In this document: piece by piece, positions 1 through 8,346 of the stretch
Layout: each line of letters starts with the position of its first letter
Position numbering within the stretch: the stretch's first letter is position 1
Assembly: GCA_963837465.1 (NCBI GenBank)
Contig: CAWINB010000004.1
Span: 458,853-522,852, forward strand
DNA: 64,000 nt
Direction: 5' to 3'
Source: Candidatus Doudnabacteria bacterium
GTDB lineage: Bacteria; Patescibacteriota; Doudnabacteria; UBA920
Notes under the pieces: model-generated
Database searches by the model: none
Told to the model about the DNA's origin: nothing
The model's input: the letters and a program-made list of their open reading frames with translations, nothing else
Translations under genes and position numbers: made by a program

Positions 1-899
1 CGCCTGCCGACTATACAGTTGAACAAACCAAACAGCTCTACACTTTAATGTACGATTCAGGCTGCAAAGGCGGCACAATTTACCGCGACGGCAGCCGCGA
101 CGAGCAGATTTTGGCCACTGACCATAAAAAACTGGGCAAAGACGCCTCCGACCAGGTTCAGGCCAAACAGGATTCCGACGCCGCCTCGGCTAAGGTTACC
201 GCGGACAGCACGGCGCAGGCTGTTTCCAATCCCAAGGAAGTAATGTCCGTCTCCGGCGATAACGTGCAGATTAAATTAGCTCCGCGCACCCGTCCGGCCG
301 TTATGCAGGGAATTACCTATAAAATGAATACCGCCTACGGCAACCTGTATATAACCATAAACGAAGACGCGCAGGGGCCGTTTGAGGTGTTTGCCGCCTT
401 AGGCAAAGCAGGTGGGTTCTTTAGCGCCCAAACAGAGGCAATTACCAGGATGATATCTTTGTCTTTAAGGTCCAACGTGGCCGTGGAAGAAATTATTGCC
501 CAGCTAAAAGGTATTCGCGGGCCGGACGTATCATTTTCCGACGGCGGCGTGGTATTTTCTTTGCCCGATGCCATTGCCAAAATTTTGGAAAAGCACATTA
601 AGAGAAATGACAAACAGTTGGCTTTGGACTTGCCATCAGTGTCATCAGGGGATGTAGGGGCGAGCTTTAGCCGCCCGTCCGAGGACAATGAAACGATTAT
701 AAAAACAGAAGAAAAAGTAATAGAAACAGTTACCGAAGAAAAGATAAAGACTAACGGTACTCTAACCTATAAATCCAGTCAAAAAGTTTCCATAGCCAAC
801 CTCGGCAACGCCCCAGTCTGCCCTGCTTGCGCCAACATGATGCTAATGGCGGAAGGGTGTATGAAGTGTGAGCATTGCGGGTATAGCAAATGCGGCTAA
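1..899 (+). CDS. nrdJ: class II (adenosylcobalamin-dependent) ribonucleotide reductase, C-terminal portion (5' end lies upstream of window)
   Basis: Frame is open from position 3 with no start or stop, so the gene enters from upstream. Motifs CKGGTIYRDGSR, TYKMNTAYGNLYITINED, GPFEVFAALGKAGG, RMISLSLRSNV and the C-terminal CPAC...CEHC zinc ribbon are typical of NrdJ. Confidence 0.8.
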   Translation, partial: PADYTVEQTKQLYTLMYDSGCKGGTIYRDGSRDEQILATDHKKLGKDASDQVQAKQDSDAASAKVTADSTAQAVSNPKEVMSVSGDNVQIKLAPRTRPAVMQGITYKMNTAYGNLYITINEDAQGPFEVFAALGKAGGFFSAQTEAITRMISLSLRSNVAVEEIIAQLKGIRGPDVSFSDGGVVFSLPDAIAKILEKHIKRNDKQLALDLPSVSSGDVGASFSRPSEDNETIIKTEEKVIETVTEEKIKTNGTLTYKSSQKVSIANLGNAPVCPACANMMLMAEGCMKCEHCGYSKCG

Positions 900-1109
900 C
901 GTCGCTGAAGGGACGCTGAAGACGGCAACGCTGATGTTACGCTGAATCTAAGTGGTGTCCATCCCGGAATTTTTTACGTCCTACGATTATCATCAGCCGT
1001 AAAAAATATCCGGGACCCAGAACGAAGTAAAAGGATATTGATAGAAATTAGGGAATTAATAGATATTAAACCAAAGGCGGCAGCTTAACAGCCGCCGCCT
1101 AATCTGTAG

Positions 1110-1649
1110 GTGTGTCATCCTGAATCCCGTATCAAGTACGGGGCAAGTTTATTCGCGGGCGTAAGAGCGGGAGAAATTAAATAGCTTGCTGTTTAATTTC
1201 CGAGCCGAAGGAGTCTTAATACAGGTTCAATACCGCGGAGCTCCGCTCCGAAAAGATAGCCGCTCCCGCGTTAATACCTCGTCAGCTCTGCCGCGAGGAA
1301 CCTTTATTTCAGGATACATATGAACTCTTATTGCGTTTACATATTATCCAGTAAATTTAACGGAATTTTATATATTGGAGTCACCGGTGATTTGGTGAAG
1401 CGCGTGTGGCAGCATAAAAATAACTCAGCTGATGGTTTTACAAAAAAGTATAAAGTACATGATCTGGTTTACTTTGAAGAAACCAGCGACATTGAATCAG
1501 CCATTCAAAGAGAAAAACAATTAAAGAATTGGCACAGACAATGGAAAATTAATCAGATACAAAAAAATAATCCTATTTGGAAAGATTTGTATCCTGGTTT
1601 ATTATAATTATAAATGTATGGATCCTGAAATAAATTCAGGATGACACAC
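1110..1649. mobile_element. putative mini-cassette: GIY-YIG gene bounded by 16-bp perfect inverted repeats (gtgtgtcatcctgaat at 1110-1125 / attcaggatgacacac at 1634-1649)
   Basis: Inverted repeat read directly from the sequence. The cassette sits exactly between the nrdJ stop region and the cobO start. The right IR is preceded by an 8-bp stem hairpin (1622-1642). Confidence 0.4.
1320..1607 (+). CDS. GIY-YIG nuclease family protein (small stand-alone, UPF0213/YhbQ-like)
   Basis: 95 aa with VYILSS...GILYIGVTGDLVKRVWQHK and ...REKQLKNW, the canonical GIY-YIG core. Confidence 0.85.
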   Translation: MNSYCVYILSSKFNGILYIGVTGDLVKRVWQHKNNSADGFTKKYKVHDLVYFEETSDIESAIQREKQLKNWHRQWKINQIQKNNPIWKDLYPGLL

Positions 1650-1651
1650 TT

Positions 1652-2281
1652 ATGACCCCCAAGAAACAAAAATTCAAAATGCCGAAAGAATTCTCCGACC
1701 AGCCCAAAGGCCTGGTGATTTGTTATATCGGCGCGGGCAAGGGCAAAACATCGGCCGCGATGGGATTGGCGGTTAGGGCGGCGGGGGACGGGAAGGATGT
1801 TTATATTTTGCAGTTTGTAAAGGCGAAAGCAGGGACAAGTGACAAGAGACAAGATGGCGAGTGGCCGGTGTCATCGGAAGTTAATTTTTTTGATAATGTG
1901 TCTTATTCCGGTCCTATCGGTCGTATAGAAAACGAACAAGTCGGCCTTGGTTTTGTGGGAATTTTGGGCGACAAAAAAGAGAAAGATGTTCATATCCGCC
2001 AGGCGTTAAAGGGTTTGGAACTGGCCAGGGAAATAATCCTGTCCGATGAATACGAACTCGTCATCTTAGATGAAATAATTTCCGCCCTGGAAGTCGGGCT
2101 TATAGAGGAGCGCGATATTTTGGATCTTATAAATATCAAACCGCCGCTAACCCATCTTGTAATTACCGGCCATAATAAATATCCTAAAATTTTAAAGCAG
2201 TGCGATCTTGTCACGGAAATGAAAATGATACAACATCCTTATTACAAAGGAATTTTGGCGCAGAAAGGGATAGACTACTAA
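1652..2281 (+). CDS. cobO: cob(I)alamin / cob(I)yrinic acid a,c-diamide adenosyltransferase (CobA/CobO/BtuR family)
   Basis: P-loop ICYIGAGKGKTSAAMGLAVRA, LDEIISAL, HLVITGHNKYP and C-terminal DLVTEMKMIQHPYYKGILAQKGIDY match the CobA_CobO_BtuR family. Confidence 0.85.
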   Translation: MTPKKQKFKMPKEFSDQPKGLVICYIGAGKGKTSAAMGLAVRAAGDGKDVYILQFVKAKAGTSDKRQDGEWPVSSEVNFFDNVSYSGPIGRIENEQVGLGFVGILGDKKEKDVHIRQALKGLELAREIILSDEYELVILDEIISALEVGLIEERDILDLINIKPPLTHLVITGHNKYPKILKQCDLVTEMKMIQHPYYKGILAQKGIDY

Positions 2282-2293
2282 GGGTGAGGTAGT

Positions 2294-2353
2294 TGTAGTT
2301 AGCCCATTTATGGGCTGTCCAGTCATTAACAGCCGATAAATCGGCTAACTACA
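2294..2353. repeat. miniature palindromic element, copy A (intergenic)
   Basis: Terminal inverted repeats tgtagttagcc / ggctaactaca with internal hairpins agcccatttatgggct and agccgataaatcggct. A near-identical copy lies at 22837-22892. Confidence 0.6.
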
Positions 2354-2425
2354 CTGGCATTAATCCAAATTATAATCCGCTTATATTAAGCGGGATTTTT
2401 ATTTTTGTGTTAGTATTAAGGCGTA

Positions 2426-3868
2426 ATGTCCAAGTCTAAAATTTTCATTTGGATAGTAATAACTTTTGCCGTGGGTATTTTGGCTGCTTCGGCTTTTGAT
2501 ATTCCGCGGCAGGGCGTTTATCTGTTTTTGGCGCTGTCTGCCGTTTGTTTTTGCGTGGCATTTGTGTCTGAAAAGAAAATTACCGCGCTGGTGACTTTAT
2601 TTTTAGTTTGCGCCGGAACGGGAGCTTTTAGGCTGCAAATATCAATTCATCCCGGTCAGTTTCAAAACCTGCTGGATGTCAGACAACAAATGGAAGGATA
2701 TATTGTGGAGGATGTTGAAATTAAAAATAACCTGCAGCAGCTTACGTTCCGCCCCAATAATTTTAAGCAGGATATTTTAATCAGCGAAACCTTGGGCCAG
2801 AAATTTTTTTACGGCGACCGGGTAGTGGCGACCGGGAAAATTGAGGAGGCAAAAAATTACGGCAATTTTGATTATCAAAAATACTTGCGGCGCTACAATA
2901 TTTACGGGCTTATGGATTATCCGCAGGTTTTAATTTTAAAAACCCGGCAATTAAACCCGCTTAAGTATTGGCTGCTTATGGCCAAGGCGGCATTTTCGCG
3001 AAAAATTTCCGTGATGTTCAGCCAGCCGCAGCAGTCTTTTTTGCTGGCCATATTAACGGGAGAAAAAGGGAATTTGCCGCAATCCGTAATCGGCAATTTC
3101 AGTAAAACCGGCGCTTCGCATATTATTGCCGCGGATGGTTACAAGGTCGCCGTTTTGGTAGGGCTTTTGTCTTCGCTGGCTCCTTTTTTTGGCCGCCGGG
3201 CGGCTTTCTGGCTGACAATTTTAGCCTTAACCGGGTTTGTGGTCATAACCGGCGCGCCGGCTTCGGTGGTTCGCTCGGCCATTATGGGTTTTTTGCTGGT
3301 TTTTTCCATTAATATAGGCCGTCAGTATTCCATTGTGCCGGCCTTGTTTTTTGCCGCGGCCCTGATGCTGCTGTTCAATCCGAAAATTTTATTTTGGGAC
3401 GCTGGTTTCCAGCTGTCTTTTGCCGCCACTTTGGGTATTGTTTATTTTATGCCGGTGCTTAAGCGGCTTAGCCGGGACCTGCCGGATTTGTGGTTTGTTA
3501 AAAATTTATTTTTAATTACTCTGGCCGCGGTGGTTTCCACCATGCCTTTTATTTTGCTGGATTTTGGCGTGTTAAGTCTGTCCGCTCCCGTTGTCAATGT
3601 CCTGATTATGCCCGCGCTGTCTTTTGCCATGGCTTTTGGCTTTCTGTCCGTACTGCCGTTTTTGGGCAAAGGCTTCGCTTTTATAGCCAACGGGCTTTTA
3701 TCTTACATTTTAAAGGTCACGGCTTTTTTCGCGCTGCTGCCTTATGCCAGTTTGAGCTTTAGTATTGCGCCCTGGATGTTTTGGCTGCTTCTGGCCGCGG
3801 TTTTCGGGCTGTATTTTTTGCTGAGATTTTTTGCCGGCCGCATGACGGCAAAGAATACGGATTCTTAA
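2426..3868 (+). CDS. comEC: ComEC/Rec2-family DNA-uptake channel protein (competence domain only, no metallo-beta-lactamase domain)
   Basis: Polytopic membrane protein. Competence-domain motifs are LAILTGEKGNL, TGASHIIAADGYKVAVL (the HLLAISGLHV equivalent), ASVVRSAIMG and WDAGFQLSFAATLGIV. Confidence 0.8.
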   Translation: MSKSKIFIWIVITFAVGILAASAFDIPRQGVYLFLALSAVCFCVAFVSEKKITALVTLFLVCAGTGAFRLQISIHPGQFQNLLDVRQQMEGYIVEDVEIKNNLQQLTFRPNNFKQDILISETLGQKFFYGDRVVATGKIEEAKNYGNFDYQKYLRRYNIYGLMDYPQVLILKTRQLNPLKYWLLMAKAAFSRKISVMFSQPQQSFLLAILTGEKGNLPQSVIGNFSKTGASHIIAADGYKVAVLVGLLSSLAPFFGRRAAFWLTILALTGFVVITGAPASVVRSAIMGFLLVFSINIGRQYSIVPALFFAAALMLLFNPKILFWDAGFQLSFAATLGIVYFMPVLKRLSRDLPDLWFVKNLFLITLAAVVSTMPFILLDFGVLSLSAPVVNVLIMPALSFAMAFGFLSVLPFLGKGFAFIANGLLSYILKVTAFFALLPYASLSFSIAPWMFWLLLAAVFGLYFLLRFFAGRMTAKNTDS

Positions 3869-4103
3869 GTCAAGGCCAAAAATATTGGCAATTTTCTTTG
3901 CCGCGGAACTCGTCGCCGCTCGGGCGGGCGCTAGTTCTTACACAGTACCCGCAGCAGAAAATTACCGATATTTTTCGGCCTTCGTTTTACCGGGTTAAAT
4001 AAATTTTTAAGTTTTTATCCTGTTGGTTGAACAAAATAAAAGCATATGGTAAGATAACGAATATGAAGATAGATTCCATAAATTAATTTTTTAAAGTCCT
4101 AAC

Positions 4104-4886
4104 ATGTCAAATAAAATCCTTGGTTTAGTCATTGCTTTAATTATTATTATCGGAGCGGCCATAGCAGGCTATTTTTACTGGCAGCAAACCCGGCCGTTAA
4201 AAGTTTCCACGCAAAACCCAAGCCTCATTCCGCCCCCTGATATGGATCGGCAAGCGCCCCAAGCTCCTGCCCAGCAGCCCGCGCAGGCCACATCAACCCC
4301 GGCAGCGTCTCCGGTTACGCGGAACAACACCGAATGCAAGCGTGATTTTAGCCAGGCGGAGCTGAACGAGAACGCCAGCATTAATATCCAGAATCGCGAA
4401 GTCGCCGTTGACGTGCAAAATTTTGGTACTATCACCCTGGGTTTTTACCCCAGCGACGCGCCTAAGGCTGTGGAGAATTTTTTGCGCTTGGCCGATGCCG
4501 GCTATTATGACTGTTTAACCTTCCATCGCGTGGCGGCCGGGTTTGTTATCCAGGGCGGCGACCCCAACGGCAACGGCAGCGGTGGAACCAGCGCTTATGG
4601 CGCCCCGTTTGCCGATGAACTTAATCCTGTCACCCAGAGCTATAAAACCGGCTATGTCGCCGGAGTGCTGGCCATGGCCAACAGCGGTCCGAACACAAAC
4701 GGCAGCCAGTTTTTTATTACCACGGCCAACGACACCCAGGCCCTGCAGCATCTTTACACAATTTTTGGCCATGTAATTTCCGGTATGGATGTAGCGGAAA
4801 AAATCGGCGCGTTGCAAACCAATCCGCCGGGAGACGGCATGCCGCTTACACCTGTAATAATGACGAGCGTGAAAATTATTAAATAG
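4104..4886 (+). CDS. ppiB: peptidyl-prolyl cis-trans isomerase, cyclophilin type, with N-terminal TM anchor and Pro/Gln-rich linker
   Basis: FHRVAAGFVIQGGDPNGNGSGG, GVLAMANSGPNTNGSQFFITT and the MIVPKF-type hydrophobic core. N-terminal hydrophobic helix. Confidence 0.9.
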   Translation: MSNKILGLVIALIIIIGAAIAGYFYWQQTRPLKVSTQNPSLIPPPDMDRQAPQAPAQQPAQATSTPAASPVTRNNTECKRDFSQAELNENASINIQNREVAVDVQNFGTITLGFYPSDAPKAVENFLRLADAGYYDCLTFHRVAAGFVIQGGDPNGNGSGGTSAYGAPFADELNPVTQSYKTGYVAGVLAMANSGPNTNGSQFFITTANDTQALQHLYTIFGHVISGMDVAEKIGALQTNPPGDGMPLTPVIMTSVKIIK

Positions 4887-4924
4887 CGTATAGCGGATAG
4901 TGATTGGCGTTTAGAAACAAAGTC

Positions 4925-4966
4925 CTAAACGCTAAACGCTAAACGCTAAACGCTAAACGCTAAAAC
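4925..4966. repeat. 7-bp tandem microsatellite (ctaaacg)x5 plus a partial unit; with upstream ggcgtttag it forms a hairpin after ppiB
   Basis: Directly visible tandem repeat. Confidence 0.8.
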
Positions 4967-4967
4967 T

Positions 4968-5462
4968 ATGGAAAGAACACTTGTTTTGCTCAAGCCCGAT
5001 GCCGTTGACCGCGGATTAATCGGCGAAATTATCACCCGCTTTGAAAAGGTTGGCCTTAAAATAGCCGGCCTTAAAATGGCTTGGCCGGAAAAAGAGCACG
5101 CGGCGAAACATTATACCGAAGACTTGGCCAAAAGGCGAGGCCAGCATGTGCGTGATTTAATGATAGAAATGCTGACTTCGGGCCCCGTGGTCGCCATTTG
5201 CCTGGAAGGTGTGGAAGCGGTGGAGCAAGCACGCAAAATGGTCGGTCCAACAGAGCCCAAGGCCGCGGCGCCCGGCACCATTCGCGGCGATTTTGCCCAC
5301 GTTTCTTTTAAGCATGCCGACAGCAAACAAATGGGCGTAATGAACCTTGTCCACGCCTCCGGCAACCTGGAAGATGCGGCCTTGGAAATTCCCGTTTGGT
5401 TTTCCGAAAGCGAACTGCATGGGCATAAGCCGGGGTATACTAAGCATACGATTGCTTATTAG
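4968..5462 (+). CDS. ndk: nucleoside diphosphate kinase (longer than typical, C-terminal extension)
   Basis: LVLLKPDAVDRGLIGEIITRFEKVGLKI, HASGN and the NDK fold motifs. Confidence 0.9.
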   Translation: MERTLVLLKPDAVDRGLIGEIITRFEKVGLKIAGLKMAWPEKEHAAKHYTEDLAKRRGQHVRDLMIEMLTSGPVVAICLEGVEAVEQARKMVGPTEPKAAAPGTIRGDFAHVSFKHADSKQMGVMNLVHASGNLEDAALEIPVWFSESELHGHKPGYTKHTIAY

Positions 5463-5474
5463 GTTTTAGGTTAT

Positions 5475-5504
5475 AAAAAACTCCCTCACTTAAGGGAGTT
5501 TTTT
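5475..5504. terminator. bidirectional rho-independent terminator between ndk (+) and rel (-)
   Basis: aaaaaactccctcacttaagggagtttttt: GC stem flanked by A-run and T-run. A second perfect palindrome tagtgtcaagggtcacccttgacacta lies at 5524-5550. Confidence 0.7.
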
Positions 5505-5547
5505 GATTTTGACAAATAGAGAATAGTGTCAAGGGTCACCCTTGACA

Positions 5548-7065
5548 CTATTTTTTCCTAAAAAACCTCGGCAAGCTTAAATCTTTCAGCTTCAGTTCCC
5601 TAACTCTCTGGATTATGCCTTTATCGTGCTCGTTAAGATAGTGGCGGATGCGGTTGCGCGCGTTGTGGGTTTTGGCGGCTTTGAGCCAGTCGCGCGAAAT
5701 TGTGGCCGGTTTTTTTGTTTTAATAATTTCCACCACGTCTTCGTTTTCCAGCTCGTCAAAAATACTGGCCATTTTGTGGTTAATTTTAACACCCATCATG
5801 TGATGCCCCAGGTCCGTGTGCACGGCAAAGGCGAAATCTATTACCGTGGCGCCGGCAGGCAAATCTTTAATGTCGCCTTTGGGCGTGAACACAAAAATCC
5901 GGTCGCGAAAAAAATCTATCTTTAAGCTTTCCAAAAACTCCTCGGGATTTTGGGCTTCTTCCTGCCAGGAGCGCAGCTCTTTTATCCATTTGGCCTGCAG
6001 CCGTTCGGGAAGATTATCCGGCTTGCCTTCCTCGGCGTAAAACCAGTGGGCCGCGACGCCGCGTTCGGCTTCCTCATGCATCAAGTCGGTGCGGATCTGG
6101 ATTTCAAACGTCTTGCCCTCCCGGCCAAAGACCGTGGTATGGATGCTCTGGTAGCCGTTGGGCTTGGGCGTGGCGATGAAATCTTTAATCCTGCCCGGCG
6201 CCGGCTGGAAGTGTTTGTGGATGACGCCCAAAGCCGCGTAACAGTCGGCCGTGGATTTGGTGATAACGCGCAGAGCGATGACATCATGGATTTTGCTTAA
6301 GTCGCCGCCGTATTTTTCCAGTTTTTTCCACAGCGAATAAATTCTTTTTACCCGGCCGGAAATATCCAGGTACTTAATACCCTCGCTCCTTAGGGTGTGC
6401 CCCAGATTTTTTTCCATAAGCTTGACGCTGTCCTGCCGGCTTTGCAGCTCCGCTTCCAAAAGTTCGCGCGTCTGTTCGTACTCCCTGGGGTAAACGACTT
6501 TAAAAGACAGGTCTTCCAAATCGTCTTTCCAGCCGCTAATGCCCAGGCGCGCGGCAATAGGGGCGTAAATTTCCAGGGTTTCATTGGCGACTTTAATCTG
6601 TTTTTCCGGGGCGATGAATTCCAAAGTCCGCATATTGTGGAGGCGGTCGGCCAGCTTAACCAAAATAACGCGAATGTCCTGGCTGGTGGCGATGAACAGT
6701 TTGCGCAGGTTTTCCACGTAAAATTTATCCTTGCTGTTTTTCATCCGCACCTGGCCGAGCTGGGTTACGCCGTCTATAAGCCGGGAGATTTCGTCGCCGA
6801 ACTGGCCCCGGATTTTTTCCAGTGAGACGCTGGTATCTTCGGGTACATCGTGCAGCAGAGTGGCGGCCAGGGTGGAAACATCGGGAAAAATTTGCCCTAA
6901 AATTACGGCTGACTGGCTGACATGCGTAAAGTAGTCCTCGCCGCTGCGGCGTTTCTGCCCGTGGTGGGACTGTTTGGCCAAATCATAAGCCTGTTTTAAA
7001 AGTTCGTTTTCCTGGGTGGAAAATTTATGGGGAATGGAATTTAAAAAATGGGTAAAATCATTCAT
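5548..7065 (-). CDS. rel: bifunctional (p)ppGpp synthetase/hydrolase, RelA/SpoT (Rel) family, short form (HD + synthetase + TGS; no ACT/regulatory C-terminus)
   Basis: HD motifs (HGQKRRSGEDYFTHVSQSAVIL, LLHDVPEDT), synthetase motifs (RVKRIYSLWKKL, DVIALRVI, GYQSIHTTV) and TGS (FVFTPKGDIKDLPAGATVIDFAFAVHTDLG). 505 aa, against roughly 730 for full-length Rel. Confidence 0.9.
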   Translation of the reverse strand: MNDFTHFLNSIPHKFSTQENELLKQAYDLAKQSHHGQKRRSGEDYFTHVSQSAVILGQIFPDVSTLAATLLHDVPEDTSVSLEKIRGQFGDEISRLIDGVTQLGQVRMKNSKDKFYVENLRKLFIATSQDIRVILVKLADRLHNMRTLEFIAPEKQIKVANETLEIYAPIAARLGISGWKDDLEDLSFKVVYPREYEQTRELLEAELQSRQDSVKLMEKNLGHTLRSEGIKYLDISGRVKRIYSLWKKLEKYGGDLSKIHDVIALRVITKSTADCYAALGVIHKHFQPAPGRIKDFIATPKPNGYQSIHTTVFGREGKTFEIQIRTDLMHEEAERGVAAHWFYAEEGKPDNLPERLQAKWIKELRSWQEEAQNPEEFLESLKIDFFRDRIFVFTPKGDIKDLPAGATVIDFAFAVHTDLGHHMMGVKINHKMASIFDELENEDVVEIIKTKKPATISRDWLKAAKTHNARNRIRHYLNEHDKGIIQRVRELKLKDLSLPRFFRKK

Positions 7066-7074
7066 GGCAGATGC

Positions 7075-7210
7075 ATTATATCACGGGGAAGGCTTGATGG
7101 TATAATAGAATTGACAAAAATGACATAATTGACAAGATTGAACAAAATTAGCTCCGCGCTGCCCCCTCAATTTTGTCAATTTTATTTAATTTTTTAAATT
7201 TTGTTCAATT
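7075..7210. promoter_or_regulatory. divergent rel/fpg control region: extended -10 TGgTATAAT (7098-7106, plus strand, fpg), extended -10 TGaTATAAT on minus strand (7075-7084, rel, near-leaderless), plus repeated AATTGACAA and ATTGAACAAAATT / AATTTTGTTCAAT operator-like motifs
   Basis: Motifs read directly. Three TTGACAA copies (7111, 7129, revcomp 7172-7180) and an inverted pair of ATTGAACAAAATT (7137-7149 / 7198-7210). Confidence 0.5.
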
Positions 7211-7215
7211 AACTT

Positions 7216-8172
7216 ATGCCCGAACTCCCCGAAGTCCAAACCATTGTTTCCGAGTTAAACAGGAAGCTAAAAAACCGAAAGCTAAAATCGGTTAAAGTTA
7301 ACGCGCCTAAAATGGTGCATGTTGGCCCGCGTACGGTAAGTAATATCAGAACAGCCAATCAGCGGTCAGTTGATAAGTTTATCGGCCTGCTGGCAGGACA
7401 ACGCGTACTTTCCGTAAAGCGGCGGGCAAAATTACTGATCTTTAATTTTTCTCCGACTTCGCCAAGGCTTCGTCGGACAAGGGGTTCTTTGTCAATGCTG
7501 GTCCATCTTAAAATGACCGGGCAGTTTATTTTTGAAGACGCGAAATTGCGGCAAAAGACAAACGGTAAGTATCGGATGCTAAACAGGCTCAACGCGCCGT
7601 TTGTCCAGCTCCCAGGCAAGCATACCCACGTAATTTTTTATTTTACCGATGGTTCGGTTTTATATTTTAACGATGTGCGAAAGTTTGGCTATCTTAAGCT
7701 GGTGCGCCGCGACGAACTCAGTCAGGTTAAGGAGCTTCAAGGTTATGGACCTGAGCCATTGGAAAAAAAGTTTACTTTAAGTATTTTTAAATCCATCCCG
7801 CTAAAAAGGCCCAAAGGTAAAATCAAGCAGGTTTTAATGGACTCCGCTCTAATAGCCGGCATCGGCAACATTTACAGCGATGAAATTTTATTCCACGCTG
7901 AAGTGCGGCCGGCGCGGGTGGTATCATCTTTAACCCCAAAAGAAATGTCGGCAATCCATAAATGGATAAAACCCGTCCTGCTAAAAGGCATAGCGGCCAA
8001 AGGCTCCTCCGTGGGCGACTTTGTCCGCACGGACGGCACCTGGGGCCGAATGGGCAAATTCCACTATGTCTACGGACGAAAAGGACGGAACTGCAAAAAG
8101 TGTGGTACCATTATAGAAAGTATTAAATTAAACGGCCGGACAGGATCTTACTGTCCCGTCTGCCAAAAATAA
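7216..8172 (+). CDS. mutM: formamidopyrimidine-DNA glycosylase / endonuclease VIII family (Fpg/Nei) with insertions
   Basis: N-terminal MPELPEV (catalytic Pro2/Glu3), LHLKMTGQF, and C-terminal zinc finger CKKCGT...RTGSYCPVCQ. Confidence 0.85.
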   Translation: MPELPEVQTIVSELNRKLKNRKLKSVKVNAPKMVHVGPRTVSNIRTANQRSVDKFIGLLAGQRVLSVKRRAKLLIFNFSPTSPRLRRTRGSLSMLVHLKMTGQFIFEDAKLRQKTNGKYRMLNRLNAPFVQLPGKHTHVIFYFTDGSVLYFNDVRKFGYLKLVRRDELSQVKELQGYGPEPLEKKFTLSIFKSIPLKRPKGKIKQVLMDSALIAGIGNIYSDEILFHAEVRPARVVSSLTPKEMSAIHKWIKPVLLKGIAAKGSSVGDFVRTDGTWGRMGKFHYVYGRKGRNCKKCGTIIESIKLNGRTGSYCPVCQK

Positions 8173-8173
8173 T

Positions 8174-8338
8174 TAAGAACCTGTTTTAAAAATACTCCGG
8201 GCCGCGATTTAAGAATTTTGGCCAAAATCCCAAAAAAATTGTTCCGTTTAACTTAGGTTAAACACCAAAATTTATATTGAAATTTTGTCACAAAATTCTT
8301 AAATTCCGCCCGCGAATTATTTTTCAAACAGGTTCTAC
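8174..8338. repeat. ~165-bp long imperfect palindrome (nested inverted repeats, centre gtttaacttaggttaaac at ~8245)
   Basis: Outer IR agaacctgtttt / aaaacaggttct (8176-8186 / 8326-8336). Inner IR cgcgatttaagaattttg / caaaattcttaaattccgcccgcg. MITE-like, or a large terminator hairpin after fpg. Confidence 0.5.
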
Positions 8339-8346
8339 CAAAAAAT

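Noticed and set aside
335-688. 117-aa minus-strand ORF inside nrdJ
   Set aside because: Antisense to a well-conserved RNR coding region. No RBS or motif. Typical shadow ORF.
1126-1319. Possibility that the GIY-YIG gene marks a group I intron (structured, GC-rich stems upstream)
   Set aside because: nrdJ ends with its native zinc-ribbon C-terminus and a stop before the cassette and cobO begins after it, so no host gene is split. A stand-alone GIY-YIG cassette is the simpler reading.
4925-4966. Short tandem repeats as a CRISPR array
   Set aside because: Units are 7 bp with no spacers. No cas genes anywhere in the window.
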